Position numbers and translations under genes: made by a program
Part shown: one piece after another, positions 1 through 9,385 of the stretch
Position numbering within the stretch: the stretch's first letter is position 1
How the letters are laid out: every line of letters starts with the position of its first letter
Notes under the pieces: model-generated
Databases searched by the model: none
What the model saw: only the letters and a program-made list of their open reading frames with translations
What the model was told of the DNA's origin: nothing
Origin: Candidatus Multivoradales bacterium
GTDB taxonomy: Bacteria > Acidobacteriota > Thermoanaerobaculia > Multivoradales > Multivoraceae
Assembly (NCBI GenBank): GCA_965223325.1
Contig: CBDCWI010000002.1
Span: 4,256,001 to 4,320,000, forward strand
Length of the DNA: 64,000 bases
Direction of reading: 5' to 3'

Positions 1-1
1 C

Positions 2-610
2 AACAGCGAGAGCTGGAGCGCCGGCAACCCGCACGACAGCGGGGCGATTGTCCTGCGCGGCGGAGTCGAGCGCCGGGTCGTCAACAATACGATGTGGAAC
101 GTCCAGGCTGGGCTCCTGTCACCCTCGGGTGCGGGATCGATCGCGGTGGTCAACAATATCTTTGGCGCGCGCAGCACCAGCGAGGGGCGGGACCTCTTCT
201 TCGAGCGCAGTGCGCTCGCTTCGGCGTCCGAGATGCGCAACAACCTGTTCGGTGACTCTGAGCCGCGCATTCAGTGGGGCGACGGCCAGGTGGTGGACCT
301 GGCCGCCTTCCAGGCCGCTTCGGGCAAGGGCCAGAACAGCCAAGCTGCAGACCCGGTGTTCGTGGCGCTAGAGAGCGGCGACTTTCATCTCGCACCCGGC
401 TCGCCAGCGGTCGATGCAGGTACCCTCGATGAGGTCTATGCCACCTTCTTTGACCGCTACGGCATCTCAATCGTCTTCGATGCCGATGGCCTCGAACGCC
501 CGTGGGGTCGTGCGATCGACCTTGGCGCCTTCGAGCGCGGCATCAATATCTGGAGCGATGGTTTCGAGAGCGGCGACTCCTCGCGGTGGAGCTCATCTGT
601 TGGCGCTTGA
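2..610 (+). CDS. C-terminal part (5' truncated by window) of a secreted beta-helix / choice-of-anchor Q-like protein with a C-terminal DGFE motif
   Basis: Frame is open from nt 2 (NSESWSAGNPHDSGAIVLRGG..VVNNTMWN). Motifs NNT/NNIF, 'ADPVFV..ESGDFHLAPGSPAVDAG', 'DADGLERPWGRAIDLGAFE'; ends IWSDGFESGDSSRWSSSVGA. Confidence 0.75.
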   Translation, partial: NSESWSAGNPHDSGAIVLRGGVERRVVNNTMWNVQAGLLSPSGAGSIAVVNNIFGARSTSEGRDLFFERSALASASEMRNNLFGDSEPRIQWGDGQVVDLAAFQAASGKGQNSQAADPVFVALESGDFHLAPGSPAVDAGTLDEVYATFFDRYGISIVFDADGLERPWGRAIDLGAFERGINIWSDGFESGDSSRWSSSVGA

Positions 611-651
611 GCTGCGTGGGTGACTGCTCCTGCCGCCTCAGCTCCAGGTGG

Positions 652-1068
652 TTACGATGACGCCTCCGGCGTGAGGTCGAAGTGCACCTCGAAGTCAACG
701 TCCTGGCGGAGCGTTTGCCAGACCGAACAGTACTTCTCGCGCGACAGTTTGATCGCACGCTCGACCCTCGTCGCCTCGACGTCTCCCTGGATCTTGAAGT
801 GGAGGTCGAATGAGACGAACCGTCGCGGCGGCTGGTCGGCGCGCGTGCTTTTGAGTTCGATGTTGAGCGCGTCCAGAGGCTGGCGGCCCTTTTGGAGAAT
901 CATGACGACGTCGATCGCCATGCAGCCGGCAAGGCCGGCGGCCAGTGCCTGCATCGGCGAGAGGGCGTCGTCGTTACTGCCGTCGAGCAGCACCGGAACC
1001 CCGTCCGAGGTTCCGCGGAAGCGCTCGCCTCCCTCCCACTTCAGTTGAACGTTGACGGATTTCGACAT
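652..1068 (-). CDS. OsmC/Ohr family protein (YhfA-like)
   Basis: SPMQALAAGLAGCMAIDV and AIKLSREKYCSVWQTL: the two conserved Cys motifs of the OsmC family. Confidence 0.9.
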   Translation of the reverse strand: MSKSVNVQLKWEGGERFRGTSDGVPVLLDGSNDDALSPMQALAAGLAGCMAIDVVMILQKGRQPLDALNIELKSTRADQPPRRFVSFDLHFKIQGDVEATRVERAIKLSREKYCSVWQTLRQDVDFEVHFDLTPEASS

Positions 1069-1078
1069 TGAGAAGGGC

Positions 1079-2674
1079 TCAGAGCGACGTGCGAATCTTC
1101 TCGAGCTGGTCGGAACGCTTCTTTCCTAGGGCGGCGCCGACCTTGATCTCGTCTCCGAGCTCGAGGTACTTCTGCTCGCCGGGTTCGAAAACTGGCCACG
1201 CGGGCTGGCCCTGGACGTTAGGGTCGCCAGTCCTCGCGAACTGCACCCAGTACTCGATCATGGCAGCGGCCAAGGCGTCGTCGGTGTCGCCGTAGGCGTC
1301 ACCCTGGAGGGTGTTGAAAACGTAGCCGAGCTCTGCCGCGTGGTGTGCCCCGAGCATCGGCATTGCCGGGCTCTGACGGGTGAAGTTGTACTGGTAGGCC
1401 GGTGCCTCGACTTTGGTGTGTCCAAGCAGCATGTTGCGCGAGGCCCGCAGGAACCAGCCGTCGGTGAGATACCCGTTGACCTGTGCCCGCAGCTCCTTGG
1501 CGTCGCTCGACGGGTAGAGGGCGGCGACCTCCTTTGCTCGCTCACCGTAGACGGTTTCGAGCAGGCCAACGAAGGCCTCGCGTGTCCCCGCCGGAATCAT
1601 TTGCATGAAGAGCGTCCCCTCGTCGGTGTTGGTGCCGACGATCATTGGCACCGAGGCCTGGCGCCCACTGAGGAAGATGTCTTCAGTTGGTGCGGGAAGA
1701 AACTTGCCGTCGATTGTTGCAACAGCCGAGAAGGCTTGTGCCTTCTTGTTGATGGCGTCGGGCTCGAGCGCGCGGAGTTCGCTCAGGCTGGGTGAATCGC
1801 TGCCCGTCATCGCCTTCGCCCAGGACACGCCTAGTGCATGCGAGCTCTTCACTGACGGTGAGTCCTCGGTGAGGTGCGTGATGTTGGTTTCGTTGACCCA
1901 GGGCGACTGAGCGATCGCACGGTGGAACAGGCCTCGGGCGCGCGGCGAAGCCATGAGCGCGTGCACGCTGGTGCCGCCAGCCGATTCGCCAAAGATCGTC
2001 ACGTTCGAGGGGTCGCCACCGAACGCGGTGATGTTTCGCTTGACCCATTCAAGTGCCGCGACCTGGTCGAGGAAACCGTAGTTGCCAGAGACTCCCTCGG
2101 CGGACTCGGCCGAGAGTTCTGGGTGCGCCAGGAAGCCGAGTGCACCGAGCCGATAGTTGATGCTCACTAGCACCACGCCTCGCTTGGCGAATTCGGAGCC
2201 CTCGTAGCTCACCTGATTGCTCCAGCCAAGTGTCAGGCCACCGCCGTGGATCCAGACCATCACCGGAAGATCGTCGCCGGCGGCCGCCGTCGTCCAGACG
2301 TTGAGGAAGAGGCAGTCTTCGTCGGTGGCGGGGAAGGCCTCGCCAGTCATCGCCACCAGCGTTGGTAGCTGCGGGCAGATCTTCCCGAACTCCAGGGCCG
2401 AGCGCTCACCCTCCCACGGCGCGACTGCGCCAGGCGGCTTCCAGCGCTGGCTGCCGATCGGCGGGGCGGCATAGGGGATGCCGCGGTAGATCCGCATTCC
2501 ATCCGGACGTAGCTCACCAACGAGAGTGCCGCTCTCGATGGTGACCGTTGCGGCGTCCTGGTCGCGATTCGCGGTGGGAGCCGCGACTGCGAGCGAGACC
2601 AGTAGGAGGGAGGCCCCCAGGGCGACAACGACTCTCGTGGGAAAGGGCGTCTCTAGAAGACGTTGAAGTTTCAT
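1079..2674 (-). CDS. Secreted type-B carboxylesterase (pNB-esterase-like)
   Basis: GIPYAAPP, EDCLFLNVW, WIHGGG, GESAG nucleophile, NTDEG, AHHAAEL; signal peptide; ATG at 2674 is preceded by AGGAG. Confidence 0.92.
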   Translation of the reverse strand: MKLQRLLETPFPTRVVVALGASLLLVSLAVAAPTANRDQDAATVTIESGTLVGELRPDGMRIYRGIPYAAPPIGSQRWKPPGAVAPWEGERSALEFGKICPQLPTLVAMTGEAFPATDEDCLFLNVWTTAAAGDDLPVMVWIHGGGLTLGWSNQVSYEGSEFAKRGVVLVSINYRLGALGFLAHPELSAESAEGVSGNYGFLDQVAALEWVKRNITAFGGDPSNVTIFGESAGGTSVHALMASPRARGLFHRAIAQSPWVNETNITHLTEDSPSVKSSHALGVSWAKAMTGSDSPSLSELRALEPDAINKKAQAFSAVATIDGKFLPAPTEDIFLSGRQASVPMIVGTNTDEGTLFMQMIPAGTREAFVGLLETVYGERAKEVAALYPSSDAKELRAQVNGYLTDGWFLRASRNMLLGHTKVEAPAYQYNFTRQSPAMPMLGAHHAAELGYVFNTLQGDAYGDTDDALAAAMIEYWVQFARTGDPNVQGQPAWPVFEPGEQKYLELGDEIKVGAALGKKRSDQLEKIRTSL

Positions 2675-2810
2675 GACGGCACTCCTGTGAATCGGCGGTT
2701 GTGGTGCAAGGCTCAATCATGTCAGGTGGCACCTTCCACTTTGGAGAAGGGGACCGCGGACAAACCGGGGAGCGTTCGCAGGGCTCGGAAAAGGTCCCGG
2801 CCAGGGCGCG

Positions 2811-5123
2811 TCAGACCAACGCGCTCTCTTGACCGGAGTCCCGTACGAACAGGCACGTGCTCTGGGTGAACTCGACCGCTTGGCCGATGAACTCCCGGTC
2901 GACCTCGCGCGCCAGGCCGAAGACGTTCAGGTCAGCGCGTGGTGCGCGTCTTACATACCGAGCGAAGGGTGCCTGTTCTACGATGATCTCGAAGCCTGGC
3001 GGCATCCGGGCCAGGACCATCAGGTCGTGCAGGTACTGACTCGCCCTTTCTACATGCGCGTCCTCTCGCACCAGGGTGATGACCCGGAGCTTCATCTTCC
3101 AGTTGCGCATCAGCATCAACGCCAGCAGGAGCTGTAGATCGCGATTGGCAAGGTCGAAGCTCAAGTGCCAATTCGGTGACTGGTCACTGATCCAGACGTT
3201 GAGCCGACGCCTGAGGGCGAAGCCCGCATCGGGATGTCGGGCGAGAAGGGCGAAACCCATCTCGTGCTTCTCGGCGATCGCGATCATCGCTTCGAGGTCC
3301 TCCTGCGAGCGATCCTCGGCGGTCGCGAAGAGAATGTTGGGTCGGAAGAACGAGCTTTCGAGAACACTTGCCGAGGTTCTGAGGCTTCCAAGGAAGTCGG
3401 GTGAGTCGACGATCGTGGAAGGTGCAAAAATCCGCTCTTCCTTGAGTTCGCCAATCAGTTGGGGCAAAGCGTCGAGGCCGGTGTTCTCCGGGGTGGGCCG
3501 TACCCCGAGCACCTGAATCGAGCCTTTGGGGCGAGAAAGCGCCAGCAGGATGTGGAAGATGCCTTCCAGCTGGGTTGCACGCTCGATCGGCACCAGAAAG
3601 TCCGGCTTCCAACCACGCAGGGTGCGACCGCTCGAACCCATCGCTACGCGCGTCGCTGCCCAATCGGCGATCGACATGAAGAGTCCACTGTTGAGGGTCT
3701 CGTAGGGGTCATCGAGCGACCTGCGATCGAGCAGAACGTAGATCGCCAGTGAGATGAGAACGCACGCGAGCCCGATCACCGGCGCCACGACGACGATCGC
3801 GGCCAGGGTCGCCAGGCTGCCGAGCACTGGCACGGCGATTGGGACACGAAAGAGCGGTCGGAAGCTGATCAGGTTGAGCTGCTTCTCGATGACCAGGATC
3901 AGGTTCACGGTGAAGTAGGTCATCAAGAAGAAGACGGTCACGACGCGCGCAATGCTGTTGAGGTCACCGAACAGAATGGCCACAAAGACAAGAGCGCCGG
4001 TAAAGGCTACGGCGTTGCGTGGCTCGCCTCTGGTCTCGCGACTGAAGAAGCGAGCGAACGGCACGATGGAGTGCTTGCCGAGGGCGTTGAGGGTCCGCGG
4101 CGACGCAACCAGGGAGCTGAGCGCGGCGACGAAGCACGACGATAGAACGCCAATCAGGATGCCGGGCCCCCATGAAGCCTTGTCGACGGCAACGGTGAGA
4201 TTCGTCTTGAGCTCGGCAGGCGTTGCGACGAGCGAATACCAGACCGCCAGCAGCAGGTAGACGGCGAGCGAGATCCCCCAGGCCGCCATCGTGCCGCGCG
4301 GAATGCTGCGCCGAGGATCGGCGAGGTTCCCGGACATGCTCGCGCCCACCATGATGCCCGTGGAAGCCGGGAAGAACACCGCGAACAGCGTCCAGAACGT
4401 GACTCCTTCGAAGTCGCCGACGAGGTGAGGTGCCTGCAGGTCGCCGGCGCGCAGCGTCCACGCCATCGAACCGAGGGCGATGAAGACTCCCGCCATCACC
4501 AGAAGTTGTGCCCTGAACGCCAGGCTGGTGCTCAAGTAGGACAGCGCGAAGACGGCAGCGAAGACTGCGATCGCGACCAGGGTGGAGTCGTGTTGTGGGA
4601 ACAGGTAGCCCCAGCCTTCGACGAAGCCGTAGAGGTACATCGCCACCGAGAGAGTCTGGGCGAGATAGAAGGGGATGCCGATGCTTCCGCCCACCTCGAG
4701 CCCGAGGGCCTGCGTCGCGATCGAGAACACCCCGCCGGCGCCGAGGCGGATGTTGGTGGTGATCGACGACAGCGAAAGTGCCGTCGTGCCGGTGATGAAG
4801 TAGGCGGTGAGAATGAGAAGCACCGCACCGCCGAGGCCGGCGTGGCCCACGACCCAGCCCTCGCGCAGGTACATCATCACGCCGAGGATGGTTAGCACCG
4901 TTGGCCGGACAACGCCGGTGAAGGTGCCGAAGCGCGCACCGGTGACCGTCGTCTTCTCACGGTTGGCGAGATCGGACTCGATCGTCGTCGCGTTGTCGCT
5001 GCCCTCGGCTTCGAGTGCCTCGACGGCCGATTCGGCGATCACGTCGGTGGCGGCCGTCGCTTCGTCGTGCGCGCGCGGCGGCGCTTCACTGCGTTGCTTC
5101 TCGGCAGGCGATGCGTCGCTCAT
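2811..5123 (-). CDS. Cation-chloride cotransporter (SLC12/CCC-like APC permease) with cytoplasmic C-terminal domain
   Basis: FGTFTGVVRPTVLTILGVMMYLR, GLEVGGSIG, FAVFFPASTGIMVGASMSGNL..PRRSIPRGT, FRPLF, 'WKPDFLV', 'FRPNILF'; about 12 TM. Start placed at ATG 5123 (TACGAT-N7-ATG); alternatives extend up to 5141. Confidence 0.88.
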   Translation of the reverse strand: MSDASPAEKQRSEAPPRAHDEATAATDVIAESAVEALEAEGSDNATTIESDLANREKTTVTGARFGTFTGVVRPTVLTILGVMMYLREGWVVGHAGLGGAVLLILTAYFITGTTALSLSSITTNIRLGAGGVFSIATQALGLEVGGSIGIPFYLAQTLSVAMYLYGFVEGWGYLFPQHDSTLVAIAVFAAVFALSYLSTSLAFRAQLLVMAGVFIALGSMAWTLRAGDLQAPHLVGDFEGVTFWTLFAVFFPASTGIMVGASMSGNLADPRRSIPRGTMAAWGISLAVYLLLAVWYSLVATPAELKTNLTVAVDKASWGPGILIGVLSSCFVAALSSLVASPRTLNALGKHSIVPFARFFSRETRGEPRNAVAFTGALVFVAILFGDLNSIARVVTVFFLMTYFTVNLILVIEKQLNLISFRPLFRVPIAVPVLGSLATLAAIVVVAPVIGLACVLISLAIYVLLDRRSLDDPYETLNSGLFMSIADWAATRVAMGSSGRTLRGWKPDFLVPIERATQLEGIFHILLALSRPKGSIQVLGVRPTPENTGLDALPQLIGELKEERIFAPSTIVDSPDFLGSLRTSASVLESSFFRPNILFATAEDRSQEDLEAMIAIAEKHEMGFALLARHPDAGFALRRRLNVWISDQSPNWHLSFDLANRDLQLLLALMLMRNWKMKLRVITLVREDAHVERASQYLHDLMVLARMPPGFEIIVEQAPFARYVRRAPRADLNVFGLAREVDREFIGQAVEFTQSTCLFVRDSGQESALV

Positions 5124-5446
5124 ACCAGCCATCGTACGCAACGATCGCTACCGGCGCGAGATGCACGAGCAGTTCGGGGGGAGTGCGAAACGCCGACCGG
5201 TGCCAGGTGCTAGAGGCAGCAGGTGCTGCGGCGGCGAGAAACAAAGACCCGCAGCCGTCCCTCGCCCGATCCGCTCGAGCTCTTTGTGCCGCTCGAGAAG
5301 GGGCTCAGCGTACCCCCGGGTCGAAGCCTGGCCCCCGCCTCATCCTGGCCTCAGGTAACTCATCTTCCGTTGTCCTACGGTTCCTGCCCTCGGAAACACC
5401 GCCGGGCCAACGCTTGATCCTGCTCGGCAAACAAAGGAGATACTCG

Positions 5447-6022
5447 ATGAAGTTCTACCCGAATCGTGCCCGGAAGCCGCCAATCAGCAGGCAAGTACTC
5501 CTGGCTCTCGCGACCATCTGGGTGTTGGGTTCCCCGGCCGGCGCGCAGCAGATTCCTGAGCCGTCACCTCGGCTCGAGGAGCTCGAGTTCACGCTCGGTA
5601 CCTGGGAAACGGACCTCCGGGTGGTCGATTCGAATGGCGAGGTAGTGCGCGAGAGCAAGGGCCGCGAAGTCGTGACACTGGAGAACAACGGACTTCTCCT
5701 TCTGGGCAGCTCATACCAGGAGGGCGGAGACGAGCCGGTGCAGCGACGATGGCAGTTCTTCGACCGTTACAAGAAGCGCCTCAACGACGTCACCTTCGAC
5801 CTGGTTGGTCATTTCGAGCGTCGCGTCGAGACCCGGAACGGCGACAAGTTGGCGTTCGGGTTCCCCGAGCCGGTGTCGTTCCAGGACGGGATCTTCCGCG
5901 ACTGGCGAAAGACCTACTCTGAGATTACCGCCGACTCGTACAAGGTCATCTGGGAGCACACCGACGACGGCCTTGACTGGACTCGGTGGGCGGAGGTGAG
6001 CTTCAAGAGGCTGAAGGAGTAG
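5447..6022 (+). CDS. Secreted hypothetical protein (DUF1579-like beta-barrel)
   Basis: AAGGAGA SD before ATG 5447; signal peptide ending AGA-Q; 'LEFTLGTW' start and 'WEHTDDGLDW..WAEVSFKR' end resemble DUF1579-type proteins. Confidence 0.6.
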   Translation: MKFYPNRARKPPISRQVLLALATIWVLGSPAGAQQIPEPSPRLEELEFTLGTWETDLRVVDSNGEVVRESKGREVVTLENNGLLLLGSSYQEGGDEPVQRRWQFFDRYKKRLNDVTFDLVGHFERRVETRNGDKLAFGFPEPVSFQDGIFRDWRKTYSEITADSYKVIWEHTDDGLDWTRWAEVSFKRLKE

Positions 6023-7580
6023 CGAGAGAAGCAGAGGGGTGCTCCTGGTCCTCGACTCCCACGTCGACGTCCAGGTGACCGAAGGCGGAGGTCGCCCTTA
6101 GAGAGTCGAGCAGGGCGTCATGCCGGGAGTAGAGCAGCATCGGTGAGCGCTCGGCGCGCGCCTGCTCGAGGAGTCGCAGCGCAGCGGCCTGTTCTCCGAG
6201 CGCGGCATGGGCGAGGGCCTGCTGGGTGGCAGGAGCAGCGCCTGGCGGTCGTCGTTGCGCCTGCCAGCGCCAATACTGGTTCAGTCCCGCGGCTGCTGTC
6301 GGCAGGGCGATCGCTTCCCGCCAGGTGTGGGAAGCGCCTTCGATCCTCGCCAGACGGTGGGCCACATCCCGGGCCTCGGATAGCGCACCGGTCGCTATGT
6401 AGGCCTGCAGCAGGCAGCGCATCGCGGGCCGGTGTTCAGGGGCAAGGCGAAGAGTCTTTGTGCACTGAAGAACAGCGTCGTCATAGCGCCGCGCCCAGTA
6501 GTAGAACCAGCCGATGTCGCCTCGAATGCGCGGCTTGATCGGATCTTCTTGAAGCACCGTTTCAACCAGTGCGATCGCCTCACCGTGACGCCCAACCACT
6601 GAATAGTAAGAAGCGACGCTGATGCGGACGTGGTGAGACGAGGGTGCGAGCTCGATTGCACGCTCGAAGTAGCGGCCTGCGGCCGCGAAGTCCCAGCGGC
6701 GAAAGAGTGCGAGGGTGGCCTTGGCGACGTAGCCCTCGGCCAGGTCAGGATCGAGCGTGAGTGCCTGGTCGGCAGCGGCCTCTGCTCGAGCAGAATCTGC
6801 CGGTTCGGACCCAGGGCCGAGGTAGGTGCGGGCAAGCGCCGCCCAGGCGGCGGCGTCGGTGCGGTCGATCCGAAGGATTTCGTAGAGCCTCGCTTGCGCA
6901 CGGAGGCGATGCTCGCGGCCTCCCTCCGCGAGGTGATACTCAGCAGCCAGCCAGGCTTCGCGTAGCCGGTCGTCTCGCAGCCTGGCAAGGGATGATGTAT
7001 CGACATCCGCGGCTTCCGTTACGGCACGCCCGCTGGCGCCCGCGCCGTTCGGTACGGCCCGGTTCGAAAAGAGCGCAATCATGACGCCGGCGCCGAGCAC
7101 CGCGAGTGCTGCGGCTCTTCTCCTCAGCCTTCGTTGGCTTGCCGCCGGGATCAAGAGCGCCCAACGCTCTGGCAGCCACTCGGTTCTCTCGTCTCCGCTT
7201 GAGGGCTCGGGGTTCGCTTGGATGTAGCCTGCCATGAGCGGCTCTGTGCCTGCGGTAACGGGGGCGATGAAGCGGTATCCAGAACGGCGCACGGTTTCGA
7301 TGTATCGGGGAGCCGCCGCGCGCTCACCGAGGGCTGATCGCACCTGTCGGATGCAGTAGTTGAGCCCGCCGTCAGCCTCGACGAACGCGTCTCCCCAGAT
7401 CATTTCCTGGAGTTCCTCTCGGGTCTTCAAGCGCCCCGGTGGATCGAGCAGAGCCGCCAGAACGAGGGCCGGTTGACGCTGTAGCGCAATCGGTTGCCCG
7501 CTGTCGCTTCGGAGCTCGAGCCGACCCGGGTCGAACTGGAACGGACCGAATCGGAGGACTGGCGTGGACTCTGGTGGCAT
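6003..7580 (-). CDS. CadC/ToxR-like membrane-anchored regulator: OmpR-type winged helix + TM + TPR
   Basis: LRFGPFQFD..LQRQPALVL..TREELQEMIWGD..LNYCIRQVRSALG..YIETVRRSGYRFI; hydrophobic TM segment; TPRs (ALTLDPDLAEGY, RAIELAPS). Confidence 0.88.
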   Translation of the reverse strand: MPPESTPVLRFGPFQFDPGRLELRSDSGQPIALQRQPALVLAALLDPPGRLKTREELQEMIWGDAFVEADGGLNYCIRQVRSALGERAAAPRYIETVRRSGYRFIAPVTAGTEPLMAGYIQANPEPSSGDERTEWLPERWALLIPAASQRRLRRRAAALAVLGAGVMIALFSNRAVPNGAGASGRAVTEAADVDTSSLARLRDDRLREAWLAAEYHLAEGGREHRLRAQARLYEILRIDRTDAAAWAALARTYLGPGSEPADSARAEAAADQALTLDPDLAEGYVAKATLALFRRWDFAAAGRYFERAIELAPSSHHVRISVASYYSVVGRHGEAIALVETVLQEDPIKPRIRGDIGWFYYWARRYDDAVLQCTKTLRLAPEHRPAMRCLLQAYIATGALSEARDVAHRLARIEGASHTWREAIALPTAAAGLNQYWRWQAQRRPPGAAPATQQALAHAALGEQAAALRLLEQARAERSPMLLYSRHDALLDSLRATSAFGHLDVDVGVEDQEHPSASLATPSAS

Positions 7581-7684
7581 GACTGCTCTTGGACATCGTG
7601 CTCTGGGTCGCCGCAGATCGGCCAACGGTCTGCTGCGCTGGTGAGCCTATCGTGGGGGCGCCGGCTCTCGATCCGGCTCTCCCG

Positions 7685-7990
7685 TCAGGGCTCGACGTAG
7701 CCCAGTGCCCGTAGCTCGGCGACCGTGAGCAGGTCTCTGCCCGGGATGAGGTGGGCCGGAACACCGGTGACTGCCCCAAGGGTTGCAGCCATGCTGGTGG
7801 CTTCGACGCGCGGCTGGTAGCGCGAGCAGTGGAGGTCAGGGGAAATGTCGCCCCACAAGAACAGCAGAACGTCTAGAGACTCTTCGAAGACCTCGCGCAT
7901 CAGGGGATCGTCGGGGGGGCGATCGTGTGCGCCGTCGTGGGTCGTGCGAAGAGTGCCGCGCGACCGGCGGGAAGAGAATGATGGACCGTG
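7685..7990 (-). pseudogene. Possible degraded C-terminal remnant of a sulfatase-like (AlkP superfamily) gene
   Basis: ORF 7685-7900 reads FEESLDVLLFLWG...SMAATL...GVP..IPGRDL...ELRALGYVEP, resembling YESTLRVPLLL..DLLPTV..GRSL..LERLGYL of the intact protein at 28781; in-frame stop near 7997 and no N-terminal half. Confidence 0.4.
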
Positions 7991-8052
7991 CGGAGCTCAG
8001 CTGTTGGCGCGGCGTGATGGCATTGGCAAGATGCCGGCCTCAGGCATGGTGC

Positions 8053-9036
8053 TCAAGGAGCTCCGGTGCCGCTCCGTAGCTGTTCGACTGCACTGGCCAT
8101 GTAGTCGGAAACATCGACACCGTTGACGGATAGCGTGCCGAAGTTGGCGCTGTCGGGGTCGAAGTATCCCCTCTGAACTGCAACCTGGACCAATTCGGCC
8201 TGCTGCTCGGGCTCGAGGTCTTCCCATGGCACGCCGTTGATGACGTCTTCTTCGAAGTCGTAGGCGTCGCCGAGTTCCTGAGACTCGAGTGCTTCGCGCA
8301 TGTAGTCGGTGCCCCCGTTCTGATGCTGCCAGACGTGCACCATCTCGTGTGCCAGCAGGTCGGTCGTGATTTCGGTGTTTTCGCCAAAGTACATCGTGTT
8401 GCCGTGCACGAAGGCGCCGGAGTTGCCGAAGACGCCAGCCTTGCCGTGCTTGATGCGCACCTTGGAGAGATCGACGCTGTCACCGAAGATCTCGCGCATC
8501 GCTTCCTTCTCGCTGTCGGTCAGCTTGCGGCCCACGGGTTCGAGGCCAAGGAGAGTCTGGATGGCGCTGACTCCCTTGCCGCCGTTGAGAAGGAAGTGGT
8601 CGTAGCCGGTGCCGAAGTGTCCGTCGATGTAGGCGCGGCCGAGGTCTCCGAAACCGCCCTTCCAGTCGCCGCGGAAGATCTTGCCGATACCGCCGAAGGC
8701 ACGTTTGCTGTTCTCGTGGATGTTCTTCCAGATTCCGCGAAAGCCGTTGTTGTGGCCGCTGGTGGCACTCCGAATGGCGTCGCCGATGCGTGCAAAGAAG
8801 CCACGCTTCCTCTTCTTCTTCTTGGACGAAGTCGTACCGCCCGATGGACCAGGGCCTGGCAGGCCATCGTCCTCGGGAACGAAGCGCGTCGTTGCCCCGG
8901 TTGATCCCGGCGTCGGCGCCGGGATGAATTCGTCGGTGTGGGTGGGAAGAGTCCTGGGTGTCGTGTCGGCGGAGGGCTGACGTGTCGGCACGGCTATGTT
9001 GGCCGGAACGGTCGGGGTGTGAAATGAGATGGGCAT
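8053..9036 (-). CDS. DUF4157 (eCIS core)-domain HEXXH protein with disordered N-terminus
   Basis: GRKLTDSEKEAMREIFGDSVDLSKVRIKHG..AFVHGNTMYF..LLAHEMVHVWQ..EQQAELV; GGGAG SD before ATG 9036; no signal peptide. Confidence 0.8.
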   Translation of the reverse strand: MPISFHTPTVPANIAVPTRQPSADTTPRTLPTHTDEFIPAPTPGSTGATTRFVPEDDGLPGPGPSGGTTSSKKKKRKRGFFARIGDAIRSATSGHNNGFRGIWKNIHENSKRAFGGIGKIFRGDWKGGFGDLGRAYIDGHFGTGYDHFLLNGGKGVSAIQTLLGLEPVGRKLTDSEKEAMREIFGDSVDLSKVRIKHGKAGVFGNSGAFVHGNTMYFGENTEITTDLLAHEMVHVWQHQNGGTDYMREALESQELGDAYDFEEDVINGVPWEDLEPEQQAELVQVAVQRGYFDPDSANFGTLSVNGVDVSDYMASAVEQLRSGTGAP

Positions 9037-9039
9037 GGT

Positions 9040-9103
9040 GATCAGACTCCCTTTGCGGGTTGATGAGAAAAGTGCCTCCAACACCTGCCTGGGAGTCCTG
9101 ATC
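9040..9103 (-). promoter_or_regulatory. 5'UTR hairpin sequestering the SD of the DUF4157 gene
   Basis: mRNA arms GAUCAGGACUCCC (9103-9091) and GGGAGUCUGAUC (9051-9040) pair over 12 bp with one bulge; inner imperfect stem GGUGUUGGAG/CUCAUCAACC. Confidence 0.55.
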
Positions 9104-9385
9104 GGCTCACTTTTCGAAATCAGCGGAGTCGTTCGACGTCCTGAGCGAACGGGCAAGCCATTGGGTGAGGCGAGGAGATCCGTTGAGACCCTTGCCTGGC
9201 TGCGGCTGCTTTTCGTCCGCCGGCGGCTGCCGACCGAGGGCGGAGAGACCAAGTCGGTCGGGCTTCGTACGGCGGGCGATGATGGGTTTCGGAGCGTAAT
9301 TGATGAATTTGTAGAATAACTAAGTTTGAGCGACCCGTTCAGCCCTCGCCAACCGCCTGTTGCTCTCGAACAACGAAGGTCCCAC

